Of a stretch of DNA of 64,000 nucleotides, positions 10,702 to 20,274 are shown piece after piece. The position numbers and the translations under genes were made by a program. A model generated the notes under the pieces. That model had not been told where the DNA came from. It worked only from the letters and a program-made list of their open reading frames with translations, and made no database searches. The stretch spans positions 672,001 through 736,000 of the forward strand of contig CBDAOI010000003.1 of the NCBI GenBank assembly GCA_965198005.1, in the 5' to 3' direction. How positions within the stretch are numbered: the first letter of the stretch is position 1; each line of letters starts with the position of its first letter. Source of the DNA: Spirochaetia bacterium. GTDB taxonomy: Bacteria > Spirochaetota > Spirochaetia > SZUA-6 > Bin103.

Positions 10702-10926
10702 TGTCATTGCGAGCCCCGATTTATCGGGGCGCGGCACTCTCTTAAGGTGCGAATGACCCCTGCCAAGAAACTCGCCTCTCACCGTTTTTGGGGAGTCCAG
10801 AGGGGTGAAACCCCTTTGAAACGGGGGTTCAAGGGGGTGTCCCCCTTGATTCCGCCGAAAGGCGGAATCAAGAGTAATTTCAAATGGTTGCGTTTTCCGG
10901 ATTCCAGGTCTCCGCCCGGAATGACA
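10702..10926. repeat. Cluster of REP-like palindromes between SBP and oppB
   Basis: tgtcattgcgagccccgatttatcggggc; aggggtgaaacccct; tcaagggggtgtcccccttga; gattccgccgaaaggcggaatc; ends ggaatgaca, inverted relative to tgtcatt. Confidence 0.7.
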
Positions 10927-10954
10927 AATTGACCTCTCATTATTCAACGAGTAT

Positions 10955-10985
10955 GGAAAAATTGGGGGGCTTGAGCCCCCCAGTT
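10955..10985 (-). terminator. Stem-loop + U-tract after SBP gene
   Basis: ggggggc-tcaa-gcccccc then aattttt on - strand. Confidence 0.6.
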
Positions 10986-11027
10986 CCCTTAGACGTTTCA
11001 GTTATCCCCGAGAGTAACCAGCAAATA

Positions 11028-12839
11028 CTAATGACCCATTGCCTCCTTCAGCTCACTATCAATCCAGAGGCGGGCGAAAAGTGGAATACTGTCCCCGGTT
11101 GGGTCATTTTCACCGTCATAACCTATGATCCACGGCTGGGACACATTAAAACTTGGAACTCTCGGACCCGCGAACCACCAGTGATTCTCTATGAGGTACA
11201 TATTTGCCTCGTTGACCAGCCTCTTCTGCTCCTCAATGGTGGTAGCGGCTTCGGCGGCTTCATACATGGCGTCATAAACCGTGTCGTTGACGTTGGGGGG
11301 GTTCCATCCTGAGGCCGAGTAAGCTCCCGTTAACGGCAGAAGCGCGGGCTGATAGTCGGCGTTTGAAACTTGAGTAACCAGACCTTGCTGCTTATGCTCT
11401 CGCACAAGAGCCGTATAAGCAGTTCCGTCAACTACCTGCACCTCTACAGCAATGCCAATGGCACGCAAGTATTCGATGACTATCTGGTAATAGTCTAAAT
11501 CGAATGGCCCGTAGTGGTCATAGACGGTGCGGAATCTTACGCCGTCCGCGCCGCGAGGTAATCCAGCCTCATCAAGCAACGCTTCTGCCCCTTCCGGGTC
11601 ATAGGTATAGTATCTCTTGAGCTCTTCGGGCCAGTCTTCAAATGGGGTGAAATACCCGATAAGACCTGTCCCTATCTGCCCTGCAGGCGTCGTATCTGCC
11701 CAACCGTGGAAGTAGGTATCGTTAATTGTCTCAAGGTCGACTGCCATCTGTATTGCGCGGCGCACCGTGACGTCGTTCCAGGGTGGCATCTGCACGTTAA
11801 AAGTCATAGCCGTATCCGCACGAAATGAAAATGGCCACAGGTTCAGTTCGGGGTTGGTCCGCTGGAGGCTTACCGCCGTATCGATGCTCCTTATTATTGT
11901 GCCGCCCGCCCGACCGATGTAATCAGCCTTACCTGTACGCATTAACGCCAGATTTGTCGCTTGTTCCGTCGATATCAGGGACCTTATCTCGTCAACATAG
12001 GGCAGGCGGTTCTCGGGGTACTTTTCGTCGTAGCCCCAGTAGTCAGGATTCTTGGTATAGGTGAGGGAACTGCCCTCGACATGGTCAGTCAGCTCAAAGG
12101 GCCCGGTGCCGACCACGTTCCTCCAATCCGTAACGTCGCCGTATTGCTCGACTACCTCGCGGGCCATTATCCATCCGAGACTTCCAAGGAGGATTTCCTT
12201 CAGCGCTTCGAGGCGTATCGACTTCAGCTTAAAGACAACCGTCCATTTGTCGGTGGCCGTTATCGATTCAACATTCATCTTTTCGAGGGGATGAGCGGCA
12301 GCGGCAACATCAAAGCTAGGTTCGGCTTCACTGAAGTCGCCCAGGCCCAATATACGCTGAAAGCTATATTCTATATCCTCGGCAGTTAGCTCCCGACCGT
12401 TCACGGGTGGCTTGTTGTGCCAGTGAACGTCCTGGCGGATGTTGAAGGTATAGGTGAGGCCGTCCGGGGAAATATCCCAGCTTTCAGCCAGCCTCCCTGT
12501 TACGGCAGACAGAGGGACGAAACCTGTCAAAAAGTCAAATACGTCCCTATCTAATGCCCAGTTCCAGTAGCCTAGCTTCTCATTAACACCCGAGATAGTG
12601 TTTGTCGCGGTGTACGAGAAATAGGGGTCAATATTCTTACCGATGTTAGACTGGACTTGGGTGAATGTCCCGCCGTACTCCGGCGCGGTCACCACCTTGC
12701 CGTTGGTGGGGTCGGTCACATACTTCTTGTCGGCGGCGGCTGCCGAGCCCTCCTCTGCGCCACCCGCCCAGAGGCCGGTTGCGGTCAACACGAGGACCAA
12801 CGCAACCGCGAAGGTCATTCTAATTCTTACAATATTCAT
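11028..12839 (-). CDS. ABC substrate-binding protein, family 5 (cassette 1)
   Basis: Signal peptide ...TGLWAGGAEE, LAESWDIS, VGTGPF, KNPDYWG, VRRAIQMAVD. Confidence 0.95.
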   Translation of the reverse strand: MNIVRIRMTFAVALVLVLTATGLWAGGAEEGSAAAADKKYVTDPTNGKVVTAPEYGGTFTQVQSNIGKNIDPYFSYTATNTISGVNEKLGYWNWALDRDVFDFLTGFVPLSAVTGRLAESWDISPDGLTYTFNIRQDVHWHNKPPVNGRELTAEDIEYSFQRILGLGDFSEAEPSFDVAAAAHPLEKMNVESITATDKWTVVFKLKSIRLEALKEILLGSLGWIMAREVVEQYGDVTDWRNVVGTGPFELTDHVEGSSLTYTKNPDYWGYDEKYPENRLPYVDEIRSLISTEQATNLALMRTGKADYIGRAGGTIIRSIDTAVSLQRTNPELNLWPFSFRADTAMTFNVQMPPWNDVTVRRAIQMAVDLETINDTYFHGWADTTPAGQIGTGLIGYFTPFEDWPEELKRYYTYDPEGAEALLDEAGLPRGADGVRFRTVYDHYGPFDLDYYQIVIEYLRAIGIAVEVQVVDGTAYTALVREHKQQGLVTQVSNADYQPALLPLTGAYSASGWNPPNVNDTVYDAMYEAAEAATTIEEQKRLVNEANMYLIENHWWFAGPRVPSFNVSQPWIIGYDGENDPTGDSIPLFARLWIDSELKEAMGH

Positions 12840-12877
12840 ACGTATCTCCGTATGTAGATGTTTCGAGAGTATTGCGT

Positions 12878-13400
12878 AGCGGATTGCCGCTCCCTGGCTA
12901 CTCTAACGCCCGCAACCGCGGGCGCGCCCGCAAACGCGGACGGCCAGTCAGAGTCAAATTCCTGAAAGCGCGCGGCGTGTGACTCAGCGGGTTCACCCCG
13001 GGCTCACGCCGCGCGCGCGTGCGGTTCTTTCAGTATCATCTTCACCTCCTTCTCGGGGCACAGGGTGCCGTGCCAGATGGCTGACGTAAGATGGGATCCG
13101 CGTGCGCGCCCCATCATGCAAACGCCCACCGCTCGGCGGAGGTCGGGACCTGCGTCACAACGCCACGCGGGGCGGTGGTCGGCCGAGCAACGCATGTGGT
13201 TGACCGGCGACGTGGGCGGTCGGTTCTGTGACGGTGAGTTGGGGGGCGGGGATCCAGGACCGCTGCGGTCGCAGCCGGCCGCTACCCCGGTGCTGAAGGC
13301 GACGGCGTGCGCGGGGGCACGTACGGGGCGATCAGCCGGAGCGGTTAGTTGTTTCTCGGTTCGAAAAAGTGTGTGTGTGTGTGTGGGGGGGGGGGGGTAG
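12878..13400 (-). promoter_or_regulatory. Leader A, copy 1: ~520-nt conserved 5' leader of SBP gene
   Basis: Colinear, highly similar copy at 60195-60740, also upstream of an SBP gene. Confidence 0.75.
13004..13039 (-). CDS. Putative leader peptide MILKEPHARAA
   Basis: SD AAGGAGGTGA; 3 copies in window; stop codon inside 12-bp GC stem. Confidence 0.55.
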   Translation of the reverse strand: MILKEPHARAA

Positions 13401-13461
13401 GAAGCATCGGTTGCGTCACCACCAACCGGTCACTGCGCTGACTGTCGTCGTGGCGCATCAT
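13345..13461 (-). CDS. Putative polyproline uORF MMRHDDSQRSDRLVVTQPMLPTPPPPHTHTHFFEPRNN
   Basis: Same frame and C-terminus as 60696-60803 across a different-length C tract. Confidence 0.5.
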   Translation of the reverse strand: MMRHDDSQRSDRLVVTQPMLPTPPPPHTHTHFFEPRNN

Positions 13462-14128
13462 CCTCATCCGTTCGATCCCCGAACTCCCTATCGTTTCACG
13501 GTCGCCCAATGATATCAAGCGCGGACTCCGGCGCTTCCGGCCGCCCGCCAGCGTCGCCGCCACCGGACACCGCCAACCCGTCACTGCGCTGCCTGTCGTC
13601 ATGGCGCTTCATCACCGATCCGTCGAACCCCAGGCGAGGCACGTTAGCATAGGGGCCGCGCGCCGTCAACGACTCGTCGGGGTCACCGAAGGTCACCGCC
13701 AACCGGTCACCGCGCTGACTGTCATCATGGCGTTTCATCACCGATCCGTTGAATCGTGAGCTCGAAGTATGGGGCCCAGCGCAAGAAACGTCAACAGCGA
13801 TTCTGGCCTCGTGCACCTTACCTCGCCCGGCTGTGCAAACGGTTGATGTTGCGCGCGTCACCAACCGGTCACTGCGCTCACTGTCGCCATCGCGCCTCAT
13901 GACCATCCGTTCGATCCCAAAACTCCCTATCGTCACAGGCTCGCCTGACCATGTCAAGCGCGGACTCCGGCCGTTCCGGCCGCCCGTCAGCGTCGCCGCC
14001 ACCGGAGGTTGTGACGTTGCGGGCACCGCCAACCGTCCACTGCGCTGACTGTCATCATGGCGCTTCATCATCGATCCGTCGAACCGCAGCCGAGGCAAGC
14101 TTGCTACTGGGCTGGGTCATGTCGTCAC
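13418..14128 (-). repeat. Tandem array of 5 promoter-containing units (periods 151/126/162/168 bp)
   Basis: Conserved ~60-bp core (ccaaccggtcactgcgctgactgtcatcatggcgcttcat); -35/-10 pairs TTGATA-17-AACGAT, TTGACG-17-TAACGT, TTGACG-17-CATACT, TTGACA-17-GACGAT, plus one degenerate. Confidence 0.85.
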
Positions 14129-14479
14129 CCATACACATGCGAGCATAGACCAGCGCGAGAGGCGTGGCAAGCGCTTTGGGCAGCGTGGGCAGCGTGCACC
14201 GCTTCTCGGTGAACGGCTGGTAGAGGGGCAGAGTGTCATAAGCTCAAGCCCTCCGAATGTGAAATGCGACCATACCCACCTGTTGGCCCACCGAGTGAAT
14301 GCACGGCCCAATACTATAACTTATTGTAGGTGATGTAGTTAGCACCGTCAAGCAGCCCGGTGCGATGGGGTGCATTCCGTCTGTGTGGTAGCGCACGGGA
14401 CCGACAAGAGCGGTGTCACCGAGATCGAGCATGGCGGCCAGCGCGGCCAGGGAACCGCCAACTCCGCCGGCGATGGGCG

Positions 14480-14509
14480 TTGACACCGAAGAAGCCGCGC
14501 GGATATGTT
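14480..14509 (+). promoter_or_regulatory. sigma70-like promoter of rpn gene
   Basis: TTGACA-18-TATGTT, 15 nt before ATG 14525. Confidence 0.5.
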
Positions 14510-14524
14510 CGCCATCGGGTCGTC

Positions 14525-15559
14525 ATGGCTGACGAGCGGGCAGCACAGCAACCGGACGGTGGCGCATCGGAGACGGCGGTCAGCCAGCCGCACGACAAGT
14601 ACTTCCAGCGCGTGTTCTCGAACGCGAAGGACGCGGCCAGTCTGCTGCGCACCTGTGTGCCGGGCGCGCTCGCCGACACCTTGAAGTGGTCGACGCTGAG
14701 CCTGCTGCGGGGTCGCTTCGTGGATGACGACTGGCGGCGCAACGAGACCGATATGCTGTATTCGGTGGAGCGGGAGGGTACGGAGCCGGCGGTGCTGGTG
14801 TACGTACTGCTGGAGCATCAGTCGACGCCGGACCCGTGGCTGCGGCTGCGGTTGCTCGGCTACTGCGTACAGGTGTGGCAGGAGTGGCGGCGGAAGCACC
14901 GGAACGAGGAACGATTGCCGCTGCTGGTGCCGCTGGTATTCTACCAGGGAGCGCGACGGTGGGAGTATACGCGGGAATTTGCGGACTTGGTAACGGAGGC
15001 GGCGCCGGAGTGGCGGTGGGTGCCGAGGTTCGAGCATCTGCTGATCGACCAGACGGAGAAGAGCGCGGAATCGGTGACGGGCGCGGTAGCGGCGCGGCTG
15101 TTGCAGATCGCGATGATGGCGGCGTTTCGGGAAGCGCCGGGGAAGTTGCTGGAACGGGCGACGCGGTTGATCGGGGAATTGTACCGCGCAGCGGGGTTTG
15201 AGGAAGTGACGCAGCACGTGGAGTACGTGCTGGCGACGCAGCCGGAAGCACAGCGGAAGCTGTTTGCGGAGGCGTTGCAGAGGAACGTGCCGGGCCGCGG
15301 AGGAGAGGTGATGAATTACGTGGAAGAAATGATCGAGCGAGGGCGCCGGGAAGGGCGTCAGGAAGGGCGCCGGGAAGGCCGCCAGGAAGGGCGCCGGGAA
15401 GGCCGCCGGGAAGGGCAGGTGCGAGCCATCGAGGGGTTCGTGGCACGAGATATATCGTGGTCCACCATCGAAGAGGCCACGGGCATCGACGAGGCCACAT
15501 ACCGGCGCCTCAGGCAGCGAATCGACGCGGAAGACAACGGGGCAGATTCCACCGTCTGA
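14525..15559 (+). CDS. Rpn/YhgA-like PD-(D/E)XK nuclease (putative transposase)
   Basis: QPHDKYFQ, ETDMLYSV, LLEHQSTPD, LVPLVFYQG, C-terminal (EGRR/EGRQ)n repeats. Confidence 0.9.
   Translation: MADERAAQQPDGGASETAVSQPHDKYFQRVFSNAKDAASLLRTCVPGALADTLKWSTLSLLRGRFVDDDWRRNETDMLYSVEREGTEPAVLVYVLLEHQSTPDPWLRLRLLGYCVQVWQEWRRKHRNEERLPLLVPLVFYQGARRWEYTREFADLVTEAAPEWRWVPRFEHLLIDQTEKSAESVTGAVAARLLQIAMMAAFREAPGKLLERATRLIGELYRAAGFEEVTQHVEYVLATQPEAQRKLFAEALQRNVPGRGGEVMNYVEEMIERGRREGRQEGRREGRQEGRREGRREGQVRAIEGFVARDISWSTIEEATGIDEATYRRLRQRIDAEDNGADSTV
15311..15559 (+). CDS. Putative intragenic RpnS antitoxin (in-frame internal start)
   Basis: GGAGGAGAGG immediately before in-frame GTG-ATG at 15308/15311. Confidence 0.6.
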   Translation: MNYVEEMIERGRREGRQEGRREGRQEGRREGRREGQVRAIEGFVARDISWSTIEEATGIDEATYRRLRQRIDAEDNGADSTV

Positions 15560-15634
15560 GGCCGCTGCAGCAACCTGCACGGCCGCCTGCGCGCCGCTCG
15601 CGGTCCGCAGTAACCGTAAAGCGCACGTCCGCGC

Positions 15635-15740
15635 CTCGGCTGCTTGAAGCCCGCCGCGGGCACAGCCGCAACGACTATCCGGTGCGCCCGATGTGGAACT
15701 CGCTCATCGCCGCCTTCGTCTTCCAGCATCCCAGCGTCGC
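15635..15740 (+). pseudogene. DDE transposase N-terminal fragment
   Basis: LEARRGHSRNDYPVRPMWNSLIAAFVFQHPSV. Confidence 0.55.
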
Positions 15741-15830
15741 GGCTCGGTGATCATGGAGAGCATCTTCAGCATACCGGGGCTCGGTCGCCTGATGCTCGAC
15801 GCCCTCACCGACCGCGACTACCCGGTGGTC
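15741..15830 (+). pseudogene. OppB fragment
   Basis: GSVIMESIFSIPGLGRLMLDALTDRDYPVV. Confidence 0.8.
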
Positions 15831-16080
15831 TTGGCCGTCTGCTGCGCCGTGTCCTGCACCAGTTGACTCAGCAGAACCCCATTCAGGCTCTGGCGCACCT
15901 CCCGGTTCGGATAGCCCAGCCGGTACAGCGCCATGCCCCCCAGCTCCTCCTCCCCCGTAATCGTCAGGTAGCCGGTCTGGAACAGCAGCGCCTCGGTACC
16001 GATCTTGCCTACGTCGAACGTCGACAGCAGCTCCGCCGTGCCCACCATCCGGTCCAGCCCCACCGACGCGGCGTGGAGAA
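15831..16080 (-). pseudogene. AAA-ATPase-like (PD-(D/E)XK-associated) protein fragment
   Basis: LLSTFDV...EALLFQTGYLTI...YRLGYPNREVRQSL. Confidence 0.7.
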
Positions 16081-16374
16081 TGTCCCAGATTATGGTGTCT
16101 GAACTGAAATCCTGCTCATGTGGCCACAAGATGGCATGGTGGGCAGGGCGAACCGAACGAGCATAGGACTCATCCTCGAGTTCGTTGACGCGGCAGCGAC
16201 TAGGACATGGTGAGTGACGTCGCGTTGTTCGAGTGCGGACGCCGGGGATTCGGCCTCCGACCTTCGCTACGATGATGCACAGACCCTGCGATGCCAGACT
16301 CGGCCTGCGGTGCCCGTTGATGCGCCGACACCACAATGCCAGGCGCTGCTTCGAGCTGACCGGCCAGGTCACGG

Positions 16375-17050
16375 CCAGCCAGGTTCGTCTCTTTGGCTCA
16401 CTTGCTGGTGGTGGTATCCCTGTGGCGTCACTCATACTCGTGATTTTCCCCCTTTATCTATAACGGACCCTGGGGTCCAAATAAGGATAGATCAGGTCGA
16501 TCATTAGATTGGCCCCCATAACCGCGGCGCCGAAAACCAGGTTTACTCCGGAGACCACCGGGTAGTCTCTGTCATCGAGGGCAGTCACCATGAGACGACG
16601 TCATCCGCATTGTGGCTGCGGACATGGCTGTCCCCAGAATCAGGCTGGGAATGATATCAAGAGCCCGATGATGATTGCTATGAAACCAAGCTCGATGGTT
16701 ACCGGCAATCCATCTATTATCCTCTCCTCTATCGTAAAAGCGCCCATCAGTGATTCGCCGAGGGTGCCCTGGAGGAGACCTCTAAAGTGGGACTCACCGG
16801 TAACCCAGTCAGGGGTCGGCAACACTCCTATCCAGCGTCCATACTGCACGTGGACAGGCACGTCCAATCCCAGCATATGCTCAAGAGCTTCACGGTCAAC
16901 CCCCCCCACGCTTGGGAGTATAGCCGTTGAGGTAGAAATCACCGTTAAACCCTATGACCCACGGCTGGGTTCCGCCAAATTGGGGAACTTTAGGACCCCA
17001 TATGTACCAATGCTGCTCTATGATGTACATATCTGCCTCTGCAACCAGCA
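16375..17050 (-). pseudogene. Collapsed SBP-oppB-oppC cassette: SBP C-terminal piece, oppB pieces with deletions, oppC stub
   Basis: EADMYIIEQHWYIWGP; VDREALEHMLGLDVP; RDYPVV...LDPRVRYR; MSDATGIPPPASEPKRRT. Confidence 0.75.
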
Positions 17051-17753
17051 TGCCGGCGCTGAATTGCGGGTCGCCGAGCTTGCCCATGAGGTTCCTCTCG
17101 AACATCGCACGCGTTACGGGGCTGCCGTCGCGGTCCATGTACTCCCGGAAGGCGGACACGATCCGCCGGGGATCGCACCGCTCATCGGCGATTCCGGTTG
17201 CCACGTCGAACAGATCCCGTGCCTTCTTGCGCTGGTACAGTGCTCTGAGCTTCGTCGCCATCAGCTCGTCGAGTTCAAACGTCTTGATATGGGCTACTCC
17301 GGAATACCACCGTGATTGCACCGAGAACGACCTCTTGGCAAAGCCGAAAACCGTAAAACGCTCGCGGGTATTGATCTCGATCTTGAGACGCAGACGCATT
17401 GGGGCGACGTCCTCCGACATGAAGCGGTACCGGAACGTCACGCGACCTCGCGACTGCTTCCACTGCGCTTCCCCAAGCCAGGGATCGAGGACGCTCCGCA
17501 TGGCATCCATAACCGGCCCGGCAGCTTCGGGCACGACCTGAATCAGATCGATTTCCTCAGAGTAGCGTGCGGGCGGCGTAAGGTAGAGCTTGTAGAGTGC
17601 TGTCCCGCCCCGAAAGGCCAGTGCCTCGGCCAGAACAGAGTTGGAGAACATTTCGACCAGGGCACGGCTGATGATCAGGTCCTGCTCCACCTGGAAATCC
17701 TCGATCCACGGTGCCCGCGTCCGCCATTCGGTGATGTAATCTCGAGGGATCAC
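17051..17753 (-). pseudogene. AbiEii-type nucleotidyltransferase toxin, 3'-truncated
   Basis: MIPRDYITEW, VEQDLIISRAL, AFRGGTAL, RYSEEIDL, KLRALYQRKKARDLFD; GTGA overlap with antitoxin stop. Confidence 0.85.
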
Positions 17754-18236
17754 GCGTCTGTCTGGATTTCTGCGTTGACGTACAACCGCCAATCGCTGGA
17801 TCGCTGCGCACCGATGGCATCTGCGGCTGGCACGAGCTTCGTGTAGTTTCGCACCGTTCTTCGCACGTGCTCCTTGAGGAGCGCGGTCTTGTCTCCCGCT
17901 CCGACATGCTCGAGAAGGTAGCCCAAACGCTGAGCCCAACGGATCGACGCCGATTTCGATGCCTCGACGAGGCGGTGCGGGTCCAGAGCCTCACCGAGCT
18001 CGGCAAGAAGGCTGGCCACCTGATCCACCCCGCCGGAGCGATGCATGTACCCGACAAGGTCCACCGCTGTCCCTTCGACCGTCGAAACCCGAACGGTTCC
18101 CCGCGGATTGTTGAAACCTTGGACCGGCACTGCACGCATGTTCCGGCGCGCAACGAAGGTGACCTTGACGGAACCACACGCGATCGCCGGCCGGTTCCGC
18201 TCCAGGACGACCTGGAACTCTTGCGGACGATGATGG
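17750..18236 (-). pseudogene. AbiEi-type antitoxin, 5'-truncated
   Basis: HHRPQEFQVV, VSTVEGTAVDLV, AQRLGYLLE, WRLYVN; coupled to abiEii. Confidence 0.8.
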
Positions 18237-18464
18237 TCCGCCGAAAGGTGGCTTGGCATACACCACCCACTCTTTGCTGCGCAGTTGATCAGCTAGCGAT
18301 CCGAAGCGACCCGGATCGATCCGCAAGGTCAGAGAGGGCGCCGTGGAATTGGAGACGATCGGCAACGAAGCTTTTCGTGAGTGCCGCGAGCAGCCCGGCA
18401 CGGAACCATTAGCCGTGGCCAGGTTACGGATGACGTCGGCCACCTCGAAGGGCGGCTGGTGCAC
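18237..18464 (-). pseudogene. IS91-family transposase remnant with large internal deletion
   Basis: FEVADVIR N-terminus joined to KEWVVYAKPPFGGP. Confidence 0.7.
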
Positions 18465-18470
18465 CGTCGC

Positions 18471-18815
18471 TCAGCGCAGCGGTGGCAACGACTCTAGTGG
18501 GCTCTCCACCCCCGCGATGAGCTTGTGCGTCACGTGGGTGTAGATCACGGTGCTCTTGATTGAGGCGTGTCCGAGCAGCGCCTGGACGGTGCGCAGATCG
18601 GTGCCAGCTTCCAGCAGATGGGTAGCGAAACAGTGGCGCATGGTATGCGGGGTCACCCGCTTGCCCACGACGGGGCGCACTGCGGTGATGGCGTGTGCCA
18701 CCCCCTCCACACTGACGTGTCGGTCGGGGAATTGCGGGCTGGGAAACAGCCAAGAGTGGGGCCGATAACGTCTGAAGTGGTAGCGCAAGTGTTGCAGCAG
18801 GACCGGCGACAAGCT
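18471..18815 (-). pseudogene. Tyrosine recombinase (IS91-associated type), C-terminal half
   Basis: [40 protein letters not shown]. Confidence 0.85.
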
Positions 18816-18867
18816 GCATGTAGAGACGGTCGCATAGGAGCACAGAAGCTGCGCTGTCGGCTTTCGA

Positions 18868-19050
18868 ATGGCGATCGAAGTGGAGGATATGGATGAGGCT
18901 GTGGAATATCTCACCGGCAAGGGAATAGAAGTAAACAGAGCGCACAAGGCTAATCCAGCCAGGTGGATCAAAGACCCGGACGGCAATATGCTCGTCTTGT
19001 TTCCCTCGATCGTGTATGAGAATTATAAGAGATTAGACAAATCGAATTAG
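18868..19050 (+). pseudogene. VOC/glyoxalase family C-terminal fragment
   Basis: [14 protein letters not shown]...GIEV...[10 protein letters not shown]. Confidence 0.65.
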
Positions 19051-19079
19051 AGCGCGACCCGGTTTGGGTTACCCGAGCG

Positions 19080-19520
19080 TCAGAGCAGCTGGAGCCACCC
19101 GGCGTCCAGCTCCTCGAAGCGACGGTGGAGCTCATCGACGACCTCGGCCGCGAGGGACAGGCCGTTTTCGACCACCTCGATGTTCGACCGCAGGTGCGAC
19201 AGGTTGTTGGTGCCGACCAGCGCCGCGTCCACCTCCAGATGGGCGAGGACGAAGCCCAACGACAACGCAATGGGGTCGTCGGGGGCCCCCCCCCGAGACC
19301 GGCCCGGCCCGCTCCATCGCCTGCACCCGCTCGACATAGGGGCCCAGGTTGGCGTACACGGCGCGGTCTTTTCCCCACATCCCGTTGGCCAGCGGCCGCT
19401 TGATGATAACCCCTATGTTTCTGGCCCTGGCCTCGGCGAACAGGCCGTGACGGGCGCGCTGGTCCACCAGGTTGAAGGTTGTCTGGAGCGTGTCGAAGAC
19501 GCCGCTTTCGACCGCCCAAC
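19080..19520 (-). pseudogene. Aldo/keto reductase C-terminal fragment, frameshifted
   Basis: NIGVIIKRPLANG; FVLAHLEVDAALVGTNNLSHLRSN. Confidence 0.7.
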
Positions 19521-19559
19521 GGGCAGCCTCGTTGTCCCCACTGAAGCCCAGGAACCTTC

Positions 19560-20189
19560 GACCGCGACGAGGTCCAGGCGTTGCTCGAGGCCCCCGCCAC
19601 CCACACGGTCACCGGCCTGCGGGATCGCGCCATGCTGTGCCTGGCCTACAATGCCGGCCTGCGCGTCTCGGAACTGGTCGGCCTGGCCCTGGACGACCTC
19701 CAGGCACCGGGACTCGACCGCATCCGGATCCTGGGCAAGGGCCGCCGCGGGCGCGCCCTGCCGCTGTGGAAGCAAACCCGCGGCGCGCTGCGCACCTGGC
19801 TCGGTGTCCGGCCGGACTGCCCCGACCGGCATCTGTTCCTGAACGCCTTCGGAACCGGCCTGACGCGACGCGGCTTCGCCAAGAGACTCGCCTTGCACGC
19901 CAAGGCCGCGGCACGCGCAGTACCTTCGATCGCGGGCAAGGCCATCACGCCACACGCCCTGCGCCACGCCTGCGCACTTCATACCCTCGAGGCTACCGGC
20001 GACATCCGGCAGGTTGCTCTTTGGCTCGGCCATGCCAGCCTGCGATCGACCGAACTGTACCTGCGGGTCGATCCAGCCAACAAGCTCGACATCCTGGCAG
20101 CGCAGCGGCCGCCGAACCTCCGCAAGGGCTCCTTCAAAGGCGCCCATGACGAGTTGCTCGCTCTGCTTGGAGACGTCGCAGTGCCCTAG
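19560..20189 (+). pseudogene. RIT-type tyrosine recombinase (third gene), 5'-truncated
   Basis: RDRAML...GLRVSEL, GKGRRGR, TPHALRH, WLGHASLRSTELY. Confidence 0.8.
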
Positions 20190-20192
20190 CGT

Positions 20193-20258
20193 TATGGGAA
20201 CCTGCTCAGCCCCTAACCGCTTGCCACGCAACGGCTCATGGCGCCCAGGTTCCCATAT
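20193..20258. mobile_element. Probable RIT right-end inverted repeat
   Basis: tatgggaacctg ... caggttcccata directly after the recombinase stop. Confidence 0.55.
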
Positions 20259-20274
20259 TGGCGGGGGGCCCATG

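Noticed and set aside
13590-13635. Known riboswitch or tmRNA in the repeat core (ggtgatgaagcgcc; ggggttcgacgg)
   Set aside because: Only superficial resemblance to the fluoride riboswitch or tmRNA 5' end; required pairings not found by eye, and an Rfam scan would settle it
13496-14098. 200-aa repeat protein spanning the array
   Set aside because: Frame breaks at unit 1 and the second array has non-3n periods; inter-core sequence is better explained as promoters
13418-14128. CRISPR array
   Set aside because: Repeats are ~60 bp and degenerate, spacers 60-105 bp and related to each other (units 1 and 4), and no cas genes are present
18471-20189. Integron integrase with cassette array
   Set aside because: Recombinases fit IS91-associated and RIT types; no attC-like sites recognised
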